Assembly (NCBI GenBank): GCA_030390025.1
Contig: CM059431.1
Span: forward strand, 140,618,001 to 140,682,000
Direction: 5' to 3'
DNA from: Squalus acanthias
Taxonomy: Eukaryota
Length of the DNA stretch: 64,000 nucleotides
The translations under genes and the position numbers were made by a program. This document shows positions 1 through 12,800 of the stretch, piece by piece. The notes beneath the pieces are model-generated. The model searched no databases. It had not been told where the DNA came from and saw nothing but the letters and a program-made list of their open reading frames with translations. Every line of letters starts with the position of its first letter. The first letter of the stretch is position 1.

Positions 1-64
1 AATACTTGGGGAATTGATTCTTCTGTAACAGTTATTGGTATCACTAATGACGCTACACAGGTTG

Positions 65-930
65 ATATGACCAGAGATGATGTATCTGATTTAGTAGATG
101 GTGAGATTGTTATTGTACTGACCAGAGAAGATGTATCTAATTTAGTAGATGGTGAGATTGTTATTGTACTGACCATAGAAGATGTATCTAATTTAGTAGA
201 TGGTGAAACTGCTTTTGTACCGACCAGAGAAGATGTATCTGATTTAGTAGATGGTGAAGGTGCTATTGTACTGACCAGAGAAGATGTATCTGATTTAGTA
301 GATGGTGAGGGTGTTATTGTACTGACCAGAGAAGATGTATCTGATTTAGTAGATGGTGAAGGTGCTATTGTACTGACCAGAGAAGATGTATCTGATTTAG
401 TAGATGGTGAGGGTGTTATTGTACTGACCAGAGAAGATGTATCTGATTTAGTAGATGGTGAGGTTGTTATTGTACTGACCAGAGAAGCTGTATCTGATTT
501 AATAGATGGTGAGGGTGTTATTGTACTGACCAGTGAAGATGTATCTGATTTAGTAGATGGTGAAGGTGCTATTGTACTGACCAGAGTAGGTGTATCTGAT
601 TTAGTAGATGGTGAGGGTGTTATTGTACTGACCAGAGAAGATGTATCTCATGTAGTAGATGGTGAAGGTGCTACTGTACGGACCAGAGAAGATGTATCTG
701 ATTTAGTAGAGGTAAAGGTGTTATTGTACTGACCAGAGAAGATGTTACTGATTTAGTAGTTGGTGAGGGTGGCATTGTACTGACCAGAGAAGATGTATCT
801 GATTTAGTAGATAGTGAAGGTGTTATTGTACTGACCAGAGGAGGTGTATCTTATTTAGTAGATGGTAAAGGTGTTATTGAACTGACCAGAGAAGATGTAT
901 CTGATTTAGAAGATGGTGAAGGTGCTATTC
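65..930 (-). repeat. 51-bp tandem repeat; minus strand reads TITPSPSTKSDTSSLVS, about 17 copies, downstream of the mucin stop
   Basis: Unit actgaccagagaagatgtatctgatttagtagatggtgagggtgttattgt. Confidence 0.9.
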
Positions 931-1151
931 TTCTCATCAGGAAAGAAGAATCTATGCTGAAATATAGTGAGGTGCTATTGAAATTGAGAGATGATGTATC
1001 CGAATCAATAGATGATGAAGCTGCTTCTCTACTCGCCTGTGAATGATGTAGCCTGACTTAGTGATGATGAACGTGCTGTAATACTGATCTGGAGTGTTGT
1101 AGCCTGATTAGTGGATGAGAGTGGTACTATTCTGAACTGGGATAGTGTAGC

Positions 1152-4100
1152 CTAATTAATAGATGATGATGGTGCTGTACTGACCTGGGATGGTGTAGTC
1201 TGATTAATAGATGATGATGGTGCTGTACTGACCTGGGATGGTGTAGTCTGCTTTATAGACGATGATGGTGCTGTATTGACCTCGGATGTTGTAGCCTGAT
1301 TTATAGATGATGATGATGATGCTGTATTGACCTGGGATGGTGTTGTCTGATTTATAGATGATGATGGTGCTGTATTGATCTGGGATGGTGTAGTCTGCTT
1401 TATAGACGATGATGGTGATGTATTGACCTGGGATGGTGTAGTCTGATTTATAGAGGTCGATGGTGCTGTATTCACCTGGGATGGAGTAGTCTGCTTTATA
1501 GATGATGATAGTGCTGTATTGACCTGGGATGGTGGAGTCTCATTTATAGATGATGATGGTGTTGTATTGACCTGGGATGGTGGAGTCTGATTTATAGATG
1601 ATGATGGCGCTGTATTGACCTGGGATGGTGTAGTCTGTTTTATAGACGATGATGGTGATGTATTGACCTGGGATGGTGTAGTCTGATTTATAGAGGTCGA
1701 TGGCGCTGTATTCACCTGGGATGGTGTAGTCTGCTTTATAGATGATGAACGGACTCTAGCACTGACCTGGAATTTTTTAGACACCGCAAAAGTTAATGTC
1801 AATGCTGAATGTAAAGCCGGAAGCAGCATTGGTCTCATAGTGACAGCTGATGACTGTTGCATGGTTCTACCTGTCAGGGAGGGTGGAAACACATTGTTGT
1901 TTTCGTTCGATGATGGTGCCTTTACCTTGTTGGAAGACGGAGGCACATTCGCACTGGACAAGCTGGGCACACTCGCACTGCTCACGATAGGTACAGTCTC
2001 ACTGGTCAGGCTGGGCACACTCGCACTGCTCACGATGGGCACAGTCTCAGTGGTCACGATGGGCACAGTCTCACCGGTCACGATGAGCACCGTCTCATTG
2101 GTCACGATGGGCAGAGTCTCACCGGTCACGATGGGCACCGTCTCATTGGTCACGATGGGCACCGTCTCATTGGTCACGATGGGCAGTGTCTCACCGGTCA
2201 CAATGGGCACAGTGTCACTGGTCACGATGGGCAGATTCTCATTGGTCACGATGAGCACAGTCTCACTGGTCACGATGGGCAAAGTCTCACTGGTCACGAT
2301 GGGCACAGTCTCAGTGGTCACGATGGGCAGATTCTCATTGGTCACGATGGGCACATTCTCATTGGTCACGATGGGAAGATTCTCACTGATCACGATGGGC
2401 AGAGTCTCACTGGTCACGATGGGCACAGTCTCACTGGTCACGATGGGCACAGTCTCAGTGGTCACGATGGGCAGATTCTCATTGGTCAAGATGGGCAGAT
2501 TCTCATTGGTCACGATGGGCACAGTCTCACTGGTCACGATGGGCACAGTCTCACTGGTCACGATGGGCACAGTCTCACTGGTCACGATGGGCAGATTCTC
2601 AGTGTTCACGATGGGCACAGTCTCACTGGTCACGATGGGCACAGTCTCAGTGGTCACGATGGGCAGATTCTCATTGGTCACGATGGGCACATTCTCATTG
2701 TTCACGATGTGCAGATTCTCACTGATCACGATGGGCACAGTCTCAGTGGTCAAGATGGGCACAGTCTCAGTGGTCACGATGGGCACGGTCTCAGTGGTCA
2801 CGATGGGGACAGTGTCACTGGTCACGATGGGCACAGTCTCATTGGTCACGATGGGCACAGTCTCACTGGTCACGATGGGCACAGTCTCATTGGTCACGAT
2901 GGGCACAGTCTCAGTGGTCACGATGGGCACAGTCTCACTGGTCACGATGGGCAGATTCTCATTGGTCACGATGGGCAGAGTCTCACTGGTCACGATGGGC
3001 AGATTCTCAGTGTTCACAATGGGCACAGTCTCACTGGTCACGATGGGCACAGTCTCAGTGGTCACGATGGGCAGATTCACATTGGTCACGATGGGCAAAT
3101 TCTCATTGGTCACGATGTGCAGATTCTCACTGATCACGATGGGCACAGTCTCAGTGGTCAAGATGGGCACAGTCTCAGTGGTCACGATGGGCACAGTCTC
3201 AGTGGTCACGATGGGGACAGTGTCACTGGTCACGATGGGCACAGTCTCATTGGACACGATGGGCACAGTCTCACTGGTCACGATGGGCACAGTCTCATTG
3301 GTCACGATGGGCACAGTCTCAGTGGTCACGATGGGCAGAGTCTCACTGGTCACGATGGGCAGATTCTCATTGGTCACGATGGGCACAATCTCACTGGTCA
3401 CGATGGGCACAGTCTCACTGGTCACGATGGCCAGATTCTCGTTGGTCACGATGGGCACAGTCTCACTGTTGACGATGGGCACAGTCTCACTGTTCACGAT
3501 GGGCACAATCACATTGGTCACGATGGGCAGAATCTCACTGGTCACGATGGGCACAGTCTCACTGGTCACGATGGGTACAGTCTCACTTGTCACGATGGGT
3601 ACAGTCTCACTAGTCACGACGGACAGAATCTCACTGGTCACGATGGGCACAGACTTACTGGTCACGATGGGCAGAATCTCACTGGTCACGATTGGCACAG
3701 TCTCACTCGTCACGATGGGCACAGTCTGACTGGTCACGATGGGCACAGTCTCACTGGTAACGATGGGCAGATTCTCAGTGTTCACGATGGGCACAGTCTC
3801 ACTGGTCACGATGGGCACAGTCTCAGTGGTCACGATGGGCAGATTCTCATTGGTCACGATGGGCACATTCTCATTGGTCACGATGTGCAGATTCTCACTG
3901 ATCACGATGGGCACAGTCTCAGTGGTCAAGATGGGCACAGTCTCAGTGGTCACGATGGGCACAGTCTCAGTGGTCACGATGGGGACAGTGTCACTGGTCA
4001 CGATGGGCACAGTCTCATTGGTCACGATGGGCACAGTCTCACTGGTCACGATGGGCAGATTCTCATTGGTCACGATGGGCACAGTCTCAGTGGTCACGAT

Positions 4101-6802
4101 GGGCACAGTCTCACTGGTCACGATGGGCACAGTCTCACTGGTCACGATGGGCACAGTCTCACTGGTCACGATGGGCAGATTCTCAGTGTTCACGATGGGC
4201 ACAGTCTCACTGGTCACGATGGGCACAGTCTCAGTGGTCACGATGGGCAGATTCTCATTGGTCACGATGGGCACATTCTCATTGTTCACGATGTGCAGAT
4301 TCTCACTGATCACGATGGGCAGATTCTCATTGGTCACGATGGGCAGAGTCTCACTGGTCACGATGGGCAGATTCTCAGTGTTCACAATGGGCACAGTCTC
4401 ACTGGTCACGATGGGCACAGTCTCAGTGGTCACGATGGGCAGATTCTCATTGGTCACGATGGGCAAATTCTCATTGGTCACGATGTGCAGATTCTCACTG
4501 ATCACGATGGGCACAGTCTCAGTGGTCAAGATGGGCACAGTCTCAGTGGTCACGATGGGCACAGTCTCAGTGGTCACGATGGGGACAGTGTCACTGGTCA
4601 CGATGGGCACAGTCTCATTGGACACGATGGGCACAGTCTCACTGGTCACGATGGGCACAGTCTCATTGGTCACGATGGGCACAGTCTCAGTGGTCACGAT
4701 GGGCACAGTCTCTCTGGTCACGATGGGCAGATTCTCATTGGTCACGATGGGCACAGTCTCAGTGGTCACGATGGGCAGAGTCTCACTGGTCACGATGGGC
4801 AGATTCTCATTGGTCACGATGGGCACAATCTCACTGGTCACGATGGGCACAGTCTCACTGGTCACGATGGCCAGATTCTCGTTGGTCACGATGGGCACAG
4901 TCTCACTGTTGACGATGGGCACAGTCTCACTGTTCACGATGGGCACAATCACATTGGTCACGATGGGCAGAATCTCACTGGTCACGATGGGCACAGTCTC
5001 ACTGGTCACGATGGGTACAGTCTCACTTGTCACGATGGGTACAGTCTCACTAGTCACGACGGACAGAATCTCACTGGTCACGATGGGCACAGACTTACTG
5101 GTCACGATGGGCAGAATCTCACTGGTCACGATTGGCACAGTCTCACTCGTCACGATGGGCACAGTCTGACTGGTCACGATGGGCACAGTCTCACTGGTAA
5201 CGATGGGCAGATTCTCAGTGTTCACGATGGGCACAGTCTCACTGGTCACGATGGGCACAGTCTCAGTGGTCACGATGGGCAGATTCTCATTGGTCACGAT
5301 GGGCACATTCTCATTGGTCACGATGTGCAGATTCTCACTGATCACGATGGGCACAGTCTCAGTGGTCAAGATGGGCACAGTCTCAGTGGTCACGATGGGC
5401 ACAGTCTCAGTGGTCACGATGGGGACAGTGTCACTGGTCACGATGGGCACAGTCTCATTGGTCACGATGGGCACAGTCTCAGTGGTCACGATGGGCAGAT
5501 TCTCATTGGTCAAGATGGGCAGATTCTCATTGGTCACGATGGGCACAGTCTCACTGGTCACGATGGGCAGATTCTCATTGGTCACGATGGGCACAGTCTC
5601 AGTGGCCACGATGGGCAGAGTCTCACTGGTCACGATGGGCAGATTCTCATTGGTCACGATGGGCACAATCTCACTGGTCACGATGGGCACAGTCTCACTG
5701 GTCATGATGGGCAGATTCTCATTGGTCACGATGGGCACAGTCTCACTGTTGACGATGGGCACAGTCTCACTGTTCACGATGGGCAAAGTCACATTGGTCA
5801 CGATGGGCAGAATCTCACTGGTCACGATGGGCACAGTCTCACTGGTCACGATGGGTACAGTCTCACTGGTCACGATGTGTACAGTCTCACTAGTCACGAC
5901 GGGCAGAATCTCACTTGTCACGATGGGCACAGACTCACTGGTCACGATGGCCACAGTCTCACTCGTCACGATGGGCAGAATCTCACTGGTCACGATGGGC
6001 ACAATCTCACTCTTCACGATGGGCACAGTCGCACTGGTCACGACGGGCACAGACTCACTGGTCACAATGGGTACAGTCACACTGGTCACGATGGGCAGAT
6101 TCTCACTGGTCACGACGGGCACAGACTCACTGGTCACGATGGGCACCGTCTCACTCGTCACGATGGGCAGAATCTCACTGGTCACGATGGGCACAGTCTC
6201 ACTAGTCACGATGGGTACAGTCTCACTGGTCACGATGGGTACAGTCTCACTAGTCACGGCGGGCACAGACTCACTGGTCACGACGGGCACAGTCTCACTC
6301 GTCACGATGGGCACAGTCTCACTGGTCACGATGGGTACAGTCTCACTGGTCACGATGGGCACAGTCTCACTGGTCACGATGGGTACAGTCTCACTAGTCA
6401 CGAAGGGCACAGTCTGAGTGGTCACGATGGGCACAGTCGCATTTTTCATGACGGGTGCCATCGTACTGGTCACGATAGGAATGGTCACACTGGTCATGAA
6501 GGGCACAATCGCACTGATCCAAGAATCCATAATTGTGGATAAACTGAAAGCCCCTAAGGATGCTGTAGAGGTTGGAGGCTGTGCTGTTGAACTGGGGTGT
6601 GGACCTACTCTACCAAGTGAATAGGAGGTTTCCATTGATGCAGGGTGAATGGGCGATCGAGGCGCAGTTGAACTTCTCATGGACCTGGTTGTACTTTTGA
6701 TGCGGTGGTTCACAATCCTGGAGTTGAGAGAAAGTGGATTCTGGGATTCGGTGAGCGTCGGTAGCCCATTGGTCGCGGAATGCGCTCTGGTCATAGTTGT
6801 CA
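1152..6802 (-). CDS. Exon 7: 5651-nt mucin-like (PTS) exon, about 1880 aa
   Basis: Polypyrimidine tract TTGTTTCTCCTACTTCGCACAG acceptor ending at 6803; phase matches exon 6; open frame to TAG at 1152-1154. Confidence 0.85.
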
Positions 6803-9800
6803 CTGTGCGAAGTAGGAGAAACAATGTCAAAAGATCATGGGAGGCAACGGGCAGTAAAGTTGGACTTGGGCAAAGATGGAAAACAGGGAGAATCGCATTT
6901 GCCAGCCGTTTTGCAACACGCCTGATATCCGGTTCTGTTGAAAATAGTGGAATGAATATCGGGGTTTATAAAGAAAGAAACGGGAGACCGATGACATAAC
7001 GCCTGTTTTGCGCCTTTGCACTTGTCCAATTTCACCCACAACTTCTAGAGACACGCTCAAAATCAGCGCCTGTGAAAAGTGGAGCTCAGGCACAAACCAG
7101 CTCTGCATTCCAGTTAATGTGACCATTGTCATATGTGAAGATCCCTGAGGATATCTACATTGGTGAACCTCCCGCTGGGAGTGAGGCCAAGCAGATGGCT
7201 CAGGGCTTCCAATTTTTTCGCTTAGAAAACTGAGCAAACATAAAGGATTCAGGAAGGTCAAGGGTTGAATGGGTAAAATCCCCGCTTCAGTGCTCCTGGC
7301 AAATACCCAGGAGAAAATATCATGAAACTGGACAGTGATTTAAAACTAACAGCGATGAATTGTTAGGATCTGGAATGCACTGACTGAAAGTGGGGTGGAA
7401 GCAGATTCAATAGTAACTTTCAAAGGGGATTCGGATAAATATTTCTAGAGGAAAACTGCAGGGCTATGGGGAGAGGGCAGGGCACTGGAACTAATTGGAT
7501 TGCTCTTTCGAAGCGCCGACACAGGCACTATGGGTCGAATGGCCTCATTCTACACTCTATCCTTCCAGGATTCATTTCCATTTGCTATTTCTTCTTCATT
7601 TTGATTCCTAACCCAATGTGAGTAGCTTCCCATCTGTACAGCCTGGGAGCAGCGCATCCAGGAAATTCTGGAGCTGAGCTTTGCATTCTGGGAACGAAAC
7701 CTGCCCGATTTTCCTTCCGTTATTTTCGTTGCAGTTTTTGTTCGGGCCGTGTAACCTTCCCGCCACATTCTCCCTTATTAACCCCTCCTAGGGAGTTCTT
7801 AAAGCTGAGAGGCGTGGTGAAATTCGATAAGGATGGGGACGCGAGACAGGAGGAATCGCTCTCACCAACCATTATGGACACGCCCGATATCCAGTTCTTT
7901 TGAAGTCAATGGGACCGAATATGGGGCGGAGCGGATATCGGACACCTGATGCAACACCGTACGTTTTGCGAACTCGCCAATGTCGAATTTCACCGTCCCC
8001 CATACTTAGTCCGGTCTGTTGCTGTACCCTTACCTTTATATACAGGACAGGTTATCTTGTTCACGTCCAGGTAACTTTTTCCTCCCAGGGCTATCGCCAC
8101 CTGTGACATTGTTGTAAGGTTTTCCCAGTTTCCCCGAGAAATTTCATGCACCATTTTCTGCACAGATTTGGTGCAATTATAGACACGTGAGGTGAACACG
8201 TTTATGTTTTCGTCCAGGGCCTGGAGTGTAAAGAAGGTAACACTAATTTTAATATTTAATTTTAATGATCCGGAGATCATTTAGTCTGAGCACATATGAA
8301 CTCTGTTTCAAAGCACTGTAATATAAAGTGGGAGTGAATGGAAATAAAAATCGGGAGAGATCGGGCTGCAGATTCGCCATCTCCGTTTTACACCTTAAAG
8401 AGTGTGCAGTGACCCAGGGACGTGGGAGTTAATGGCATAGTTCCCTGAAGGTGGCAGGACATATTGAGAGAGTGGTTAGCAATGCCAATGTCATAAATAA
8501 AGGTATTGAGTACAAAAGTAGAAAAGTTATGCTCAGCCTCTTTGAAGCGCTGGTTAGACCACAACTGGCGTGTTGCATCCAGTTGTGGTCACCACAGTTT
8601 AGGAAGGATATGAAGGACCTTGAGAGAATGCAGAGGAGATTTACCATAATGGTTCCGGGGATGGGGTATCTTAGCTACAAGGACAGTTTGGAGAAGTTGG
8701 ATTTGTTTTCATTAGAGCAAAGGAGGTTGAGGGATGATTTGATGGAGATTTACAAGATTATGACGGGTTTGGATAGGCTAGACGGGGAAAGGCTTATCCC
8801 ACTAGTTGATGGTACAAGGACTAGGGGACAAAGATTTAAGGTTTTGTGCAAGAGGTACAATGGGGGATGTGAGGAAAAACATTTTTTATGCGGCGAGTGG
8901 CGAAGACCTGGAATTCGCTGCCGACGAAAGTTGTGGAAGCGGAGACACTCAATGCTTTCACGGGGAGACTGGGTAGGCACTTGATGGAATAAACTTGCAG
9001 GGCTACGGGGATGGAGCGGGGGAATGGGACTGACTGGATGTTCTACAGAGAGCCGGATTGGACTCGATGGGCCGAATGGCCTCGTTCTGTGCCGTTATGA
9101 ATCTATTACTCTATGATTCTATTACTGAAAGGTGAACTAAAAGAGCTCTTCAAAATTATGAATGGATTTCATAAGGTAAACGTAGAGAAGATGTCTCCAC
9201 TTGCAGGGTGAGTCCAAAACTAGGGTCCATACATATAAGATAGCCACTCATAAACCCAACAAGGAATTTAGGAGAAACTTCTTCACTAGAGAGTGGATAG
9301 AAGTTGTAACTCGCTATCACAAGGAGTAGCATAGGAAGCGAATAACAAAGATTGATTTAAGGGAAATATATATGAAGGATAAAGGAATAGAAGGATATGG
9401 TGATAGGGTTAGTAGGGCGGGAGGAGCCTCGTGTGGCCCACAAACACACGAATGACCTGTTTCTGTACTGAACATTCCATTTAAAGATTGTCCTCTTGGA
9501 ATTTGAAGTCAACCAGTTTCTCAATATAACTCAACATCCTGTTTACATTGTTTATCGCCACTTCAGTGTATTGATTTGATGAACATTGAATCATTCGTAT
9601 TCTGTTGTGATTACTTTAACTGTGAGCGATGATGTACAATGGCCAATTTTGAATTAACCGGCCATTGTATACCATGCCCGATTTTCCTTTGCATTGAATC
9701 CATGGAAGGTAAAATCTGGCGCCTGTAAATTGAAGAGCAATTGGATATTACCCATTTTACACCTTCACCAAAAGTTAAAATCACCCCTTAAATCTATTTC

Positions 9801-12800
9801 AACCAATGCCCTCCGCTCCTGGCGAGTTCTATCCCATGAAAGATATCGAGGTGTCTCAGAATCTTCCACTAGGATGTATTTTGCAATACTTCACACTGAA
9901 CGTCATCTGAACACATTAAACACCGATACACCAATACTGCAAAATCGTTTCTATGCTCTAATTGTTTAAGGTCTATCGCTTAATATGTTGTGAAGAAGCT
10001 GTTAGTTACTAACTGCCCTTAGCTCTAATTAAATCAGAATCCTATTTTCTAATTTCACATCACAATACCTGCATGGCCAGCCCTGTACTGCTCAAGCTCC
10101 CAATGGTCCCGTCCTCTCTCACTTCACTTAGAATCCGCCTCATTATCCACATTAAAGCCTTTGCGATGTCAAGCCGAGATCTGCCTCTTGGTTGTTGCGA
10201 GTGTATCAAACACCTCAGACTAAGTGCCGCGGTGGCCATTGTATCTACAACACAGGAAACAATTACCATCGGTTCATGGAGTAAATTTGACAGGAGGGTC
10301 GGTAACGAGAGGACACAGATGTACGATATTGGCAAAAGAATCTGAGGGGAGATGGGGAGTCATTTTTGCTTTTTTACACAGGGAGTTGTTATAATCTGGA
10401 ATGCACTGCCTGAACGGGTGATGGAAGCAGATTCAATGGTGACTTTGAAAAGGAAATTTGATATATACTTGATAAGGATACAAATACAGGGTTATGGCCT
10501 ATGGGGAAAGAGAAGGGAGAGTGGGATTAATTGGGGAGCTATTCAAAGAGCCACCACAGGTACGATGGGCCGACAGGCCTCCTTCTATAAGTTTAGATGA
10601 TTCTATAATATCCGAAGCCTCCCATGCACAAGCGATCCGATCACCCATGGATGAAGAGACGCTTCCCAAATTTCCCATCATTTTCCTCACAACCGGTGTC
10701 CAATGGACTCCCTCCCAGCACTCTTCATCAATCGTAACCGGTGAACGCAAGTAACCTCTTTCCAAACTCCATCAAATGGATATCTTCACCATTCGTAACC
10801 GGTGAACCCAGTAACCTCTTTCAAAACTGCATCAAATGGATATCTTCACCGACCGTAACCCGTGAACCCAGCTAACCTCATTCAAAACTCCATCAAATGA
10901 TATCTTCACCGACCGTAACCTGTGAACACAGGTAACCTCTTTCAAAACTGCATCAAATGGGTATCTTCACCGACCGTAACCTGTGAACCCCGGTAACCTC
11001 TTTCAGAACTCCATCAAATGGATATCTTCACCGACCATAACCTGTGAACCCAGGTAACCTCATTCAAAACTCCATCAAATGGATATCTTCACCAATCGTA
11101 ACCTGTTAACCCAGGTAACCTCTTTCAAAACTCCACCAAATGGATATCTTCACCGACCATAACCTGTGAACACAGGTAACCTCTTTCAGAACTCCATCAA
11201 ATGGATATCTTCACCAATCGTAACCGGTGAACGCAGGTAACCTCATTCAAAACTCCACCAAATGGATATCTTCACCAATCGTAACCCGTGAACCCAGGTA
11301 ACCTCATTCAAAACTCCACCAAATGGATATCTTCACCGACCGTAACCTGTTAACCCAGGTAACCTCTTTCAAAACTGCATCAAATGGATATCTTCACTGA
11401 CTGTAATCTGTGAACACCGGTAACCTCTTTCTATAACTCCATCAAATGGATATCTTCACCGACCGTAACCTGTGAACCCTGGTAACCTCTTTCTATAACT
11501 CCATCAAATGGATATCTTCACTAACCGTAACCTGTGAACCCCGGTAACCTCATTCAAAACTCCATCAAATGGATATCTTCACCGACCGTAACCTGTGAAC
11601 CCTGGTAACCTCATTCAAAACTCCATCAAATGGATATCTTCATCGACCGTAACCTCTGAACCCAGGTAACCACTTTCAAAACTCCATCAAATGGATATCG
11701 TCACCGACCATAACCTGTGATCCCCGGTAACCTGTTTCTACAAATCCAACAAATGGATATCTTCATCGACCGTAACCTGTGAACCCTGGTAACCTAATTC
11801 AAAATGCCATCAAATGGATATCTTCATCGACCGTAACCTGTGAACCCAGGTAACCTCATTCAAAACTGCATTAAATGGATATCTTCACCGACCGTAACCT
11901 GTGAACACAGGTAATCTCTTTCAAAACTGCATCAAATGGATATCTTCACCGACCGTAACCTGTGAACACAGGTAACCTCTTTCAAAACTCCATCAAATGG
12001 ATATCTTCATCGACCGTAACCTGTGAACCCAGATAACCTCTTTCTATAACTCCATCAAATATATATCTTAGCCGACCGTAACCTGTGAACCCCGGTAACC
12101 TCTTTCTAAATCTCCATCAAATGGATATCTTCACCGACCGTAACCTGTGAACTCAGGTAACCTCTTTCAAAACTCCATCAAATGGATAGCTTCACCGACC
12201 ATAACCTGTGAACCCTGGTAACCTCTTTAAAAACTCCATCAAATGGATATTTTTGAAACTATAAAATGAAACATCTTGTCTGCTCAGACATACCTACTGT
12301 TAATTCTTTCCCGTGATGAGCGATCTTCCTGAGATGAGCCCGGATGAAATTATGAATGAGAAAGCCCGGGACAGGTTCCTCCTCCTGACACAGCGCCAGG
12401 ATCGCCAGGCTGGCTTCAGTAAAGGCCTTTAGAGAATATCCAGCGTTTTCTGTAAATACAGTGACAGTCTCCAATTTTAGTGATATGCTCCACATCTGAC
12501 AAACGGGAGCTACAGATATGAGAATTCCTCACTAGTTCGTCCCCGATTCTCTCTGTGTGCCAGAAATCAGGCCAAGGATTTAAATGAATAAATAGAATTG
12601 GTGTAGAATTTACAGCACAGAAGGAGGCTATTCGGCCCAACAGGTCTAATTATGCTCCACATGAGCCTCCTCCTACTTTACTTCATCTCAGTCGAGCAGC
12701 TTACCCGAGGGAGCTTATTCATATCTCCCTCATGAACTTGTCTAACTTCGCCTTAAATACATCTATACAATTCGCCTCAACTTCTCATGTGTTAGCAATT

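Noticed and set aside
67..732. 221-aa plus-strand repeat ORF (TREDVSDLVDGEG)
   Set aside because: Antisense of the 51-bp PTS repeat; no gene context on the plus strand.
1840..6542. Long plus-strand ORFs (MGTVSLVT repeats; 1277-aa His-rich GHDGHSLT repeat)
   Set aside because: Antisense shadows of the 24-bp coding repeat. Only the minus frame is linked by splice sites to recognisable exons.
6803..7261. ORF-track start at 6830 and ORF 6827-7261 as the mucin N-terminus or signal peptide
   Set aside because: The 'LFLLL' stretch is the polypyrimidine tract of the acceptor at 6803, and the upstream region is intron containing a MITE relic.
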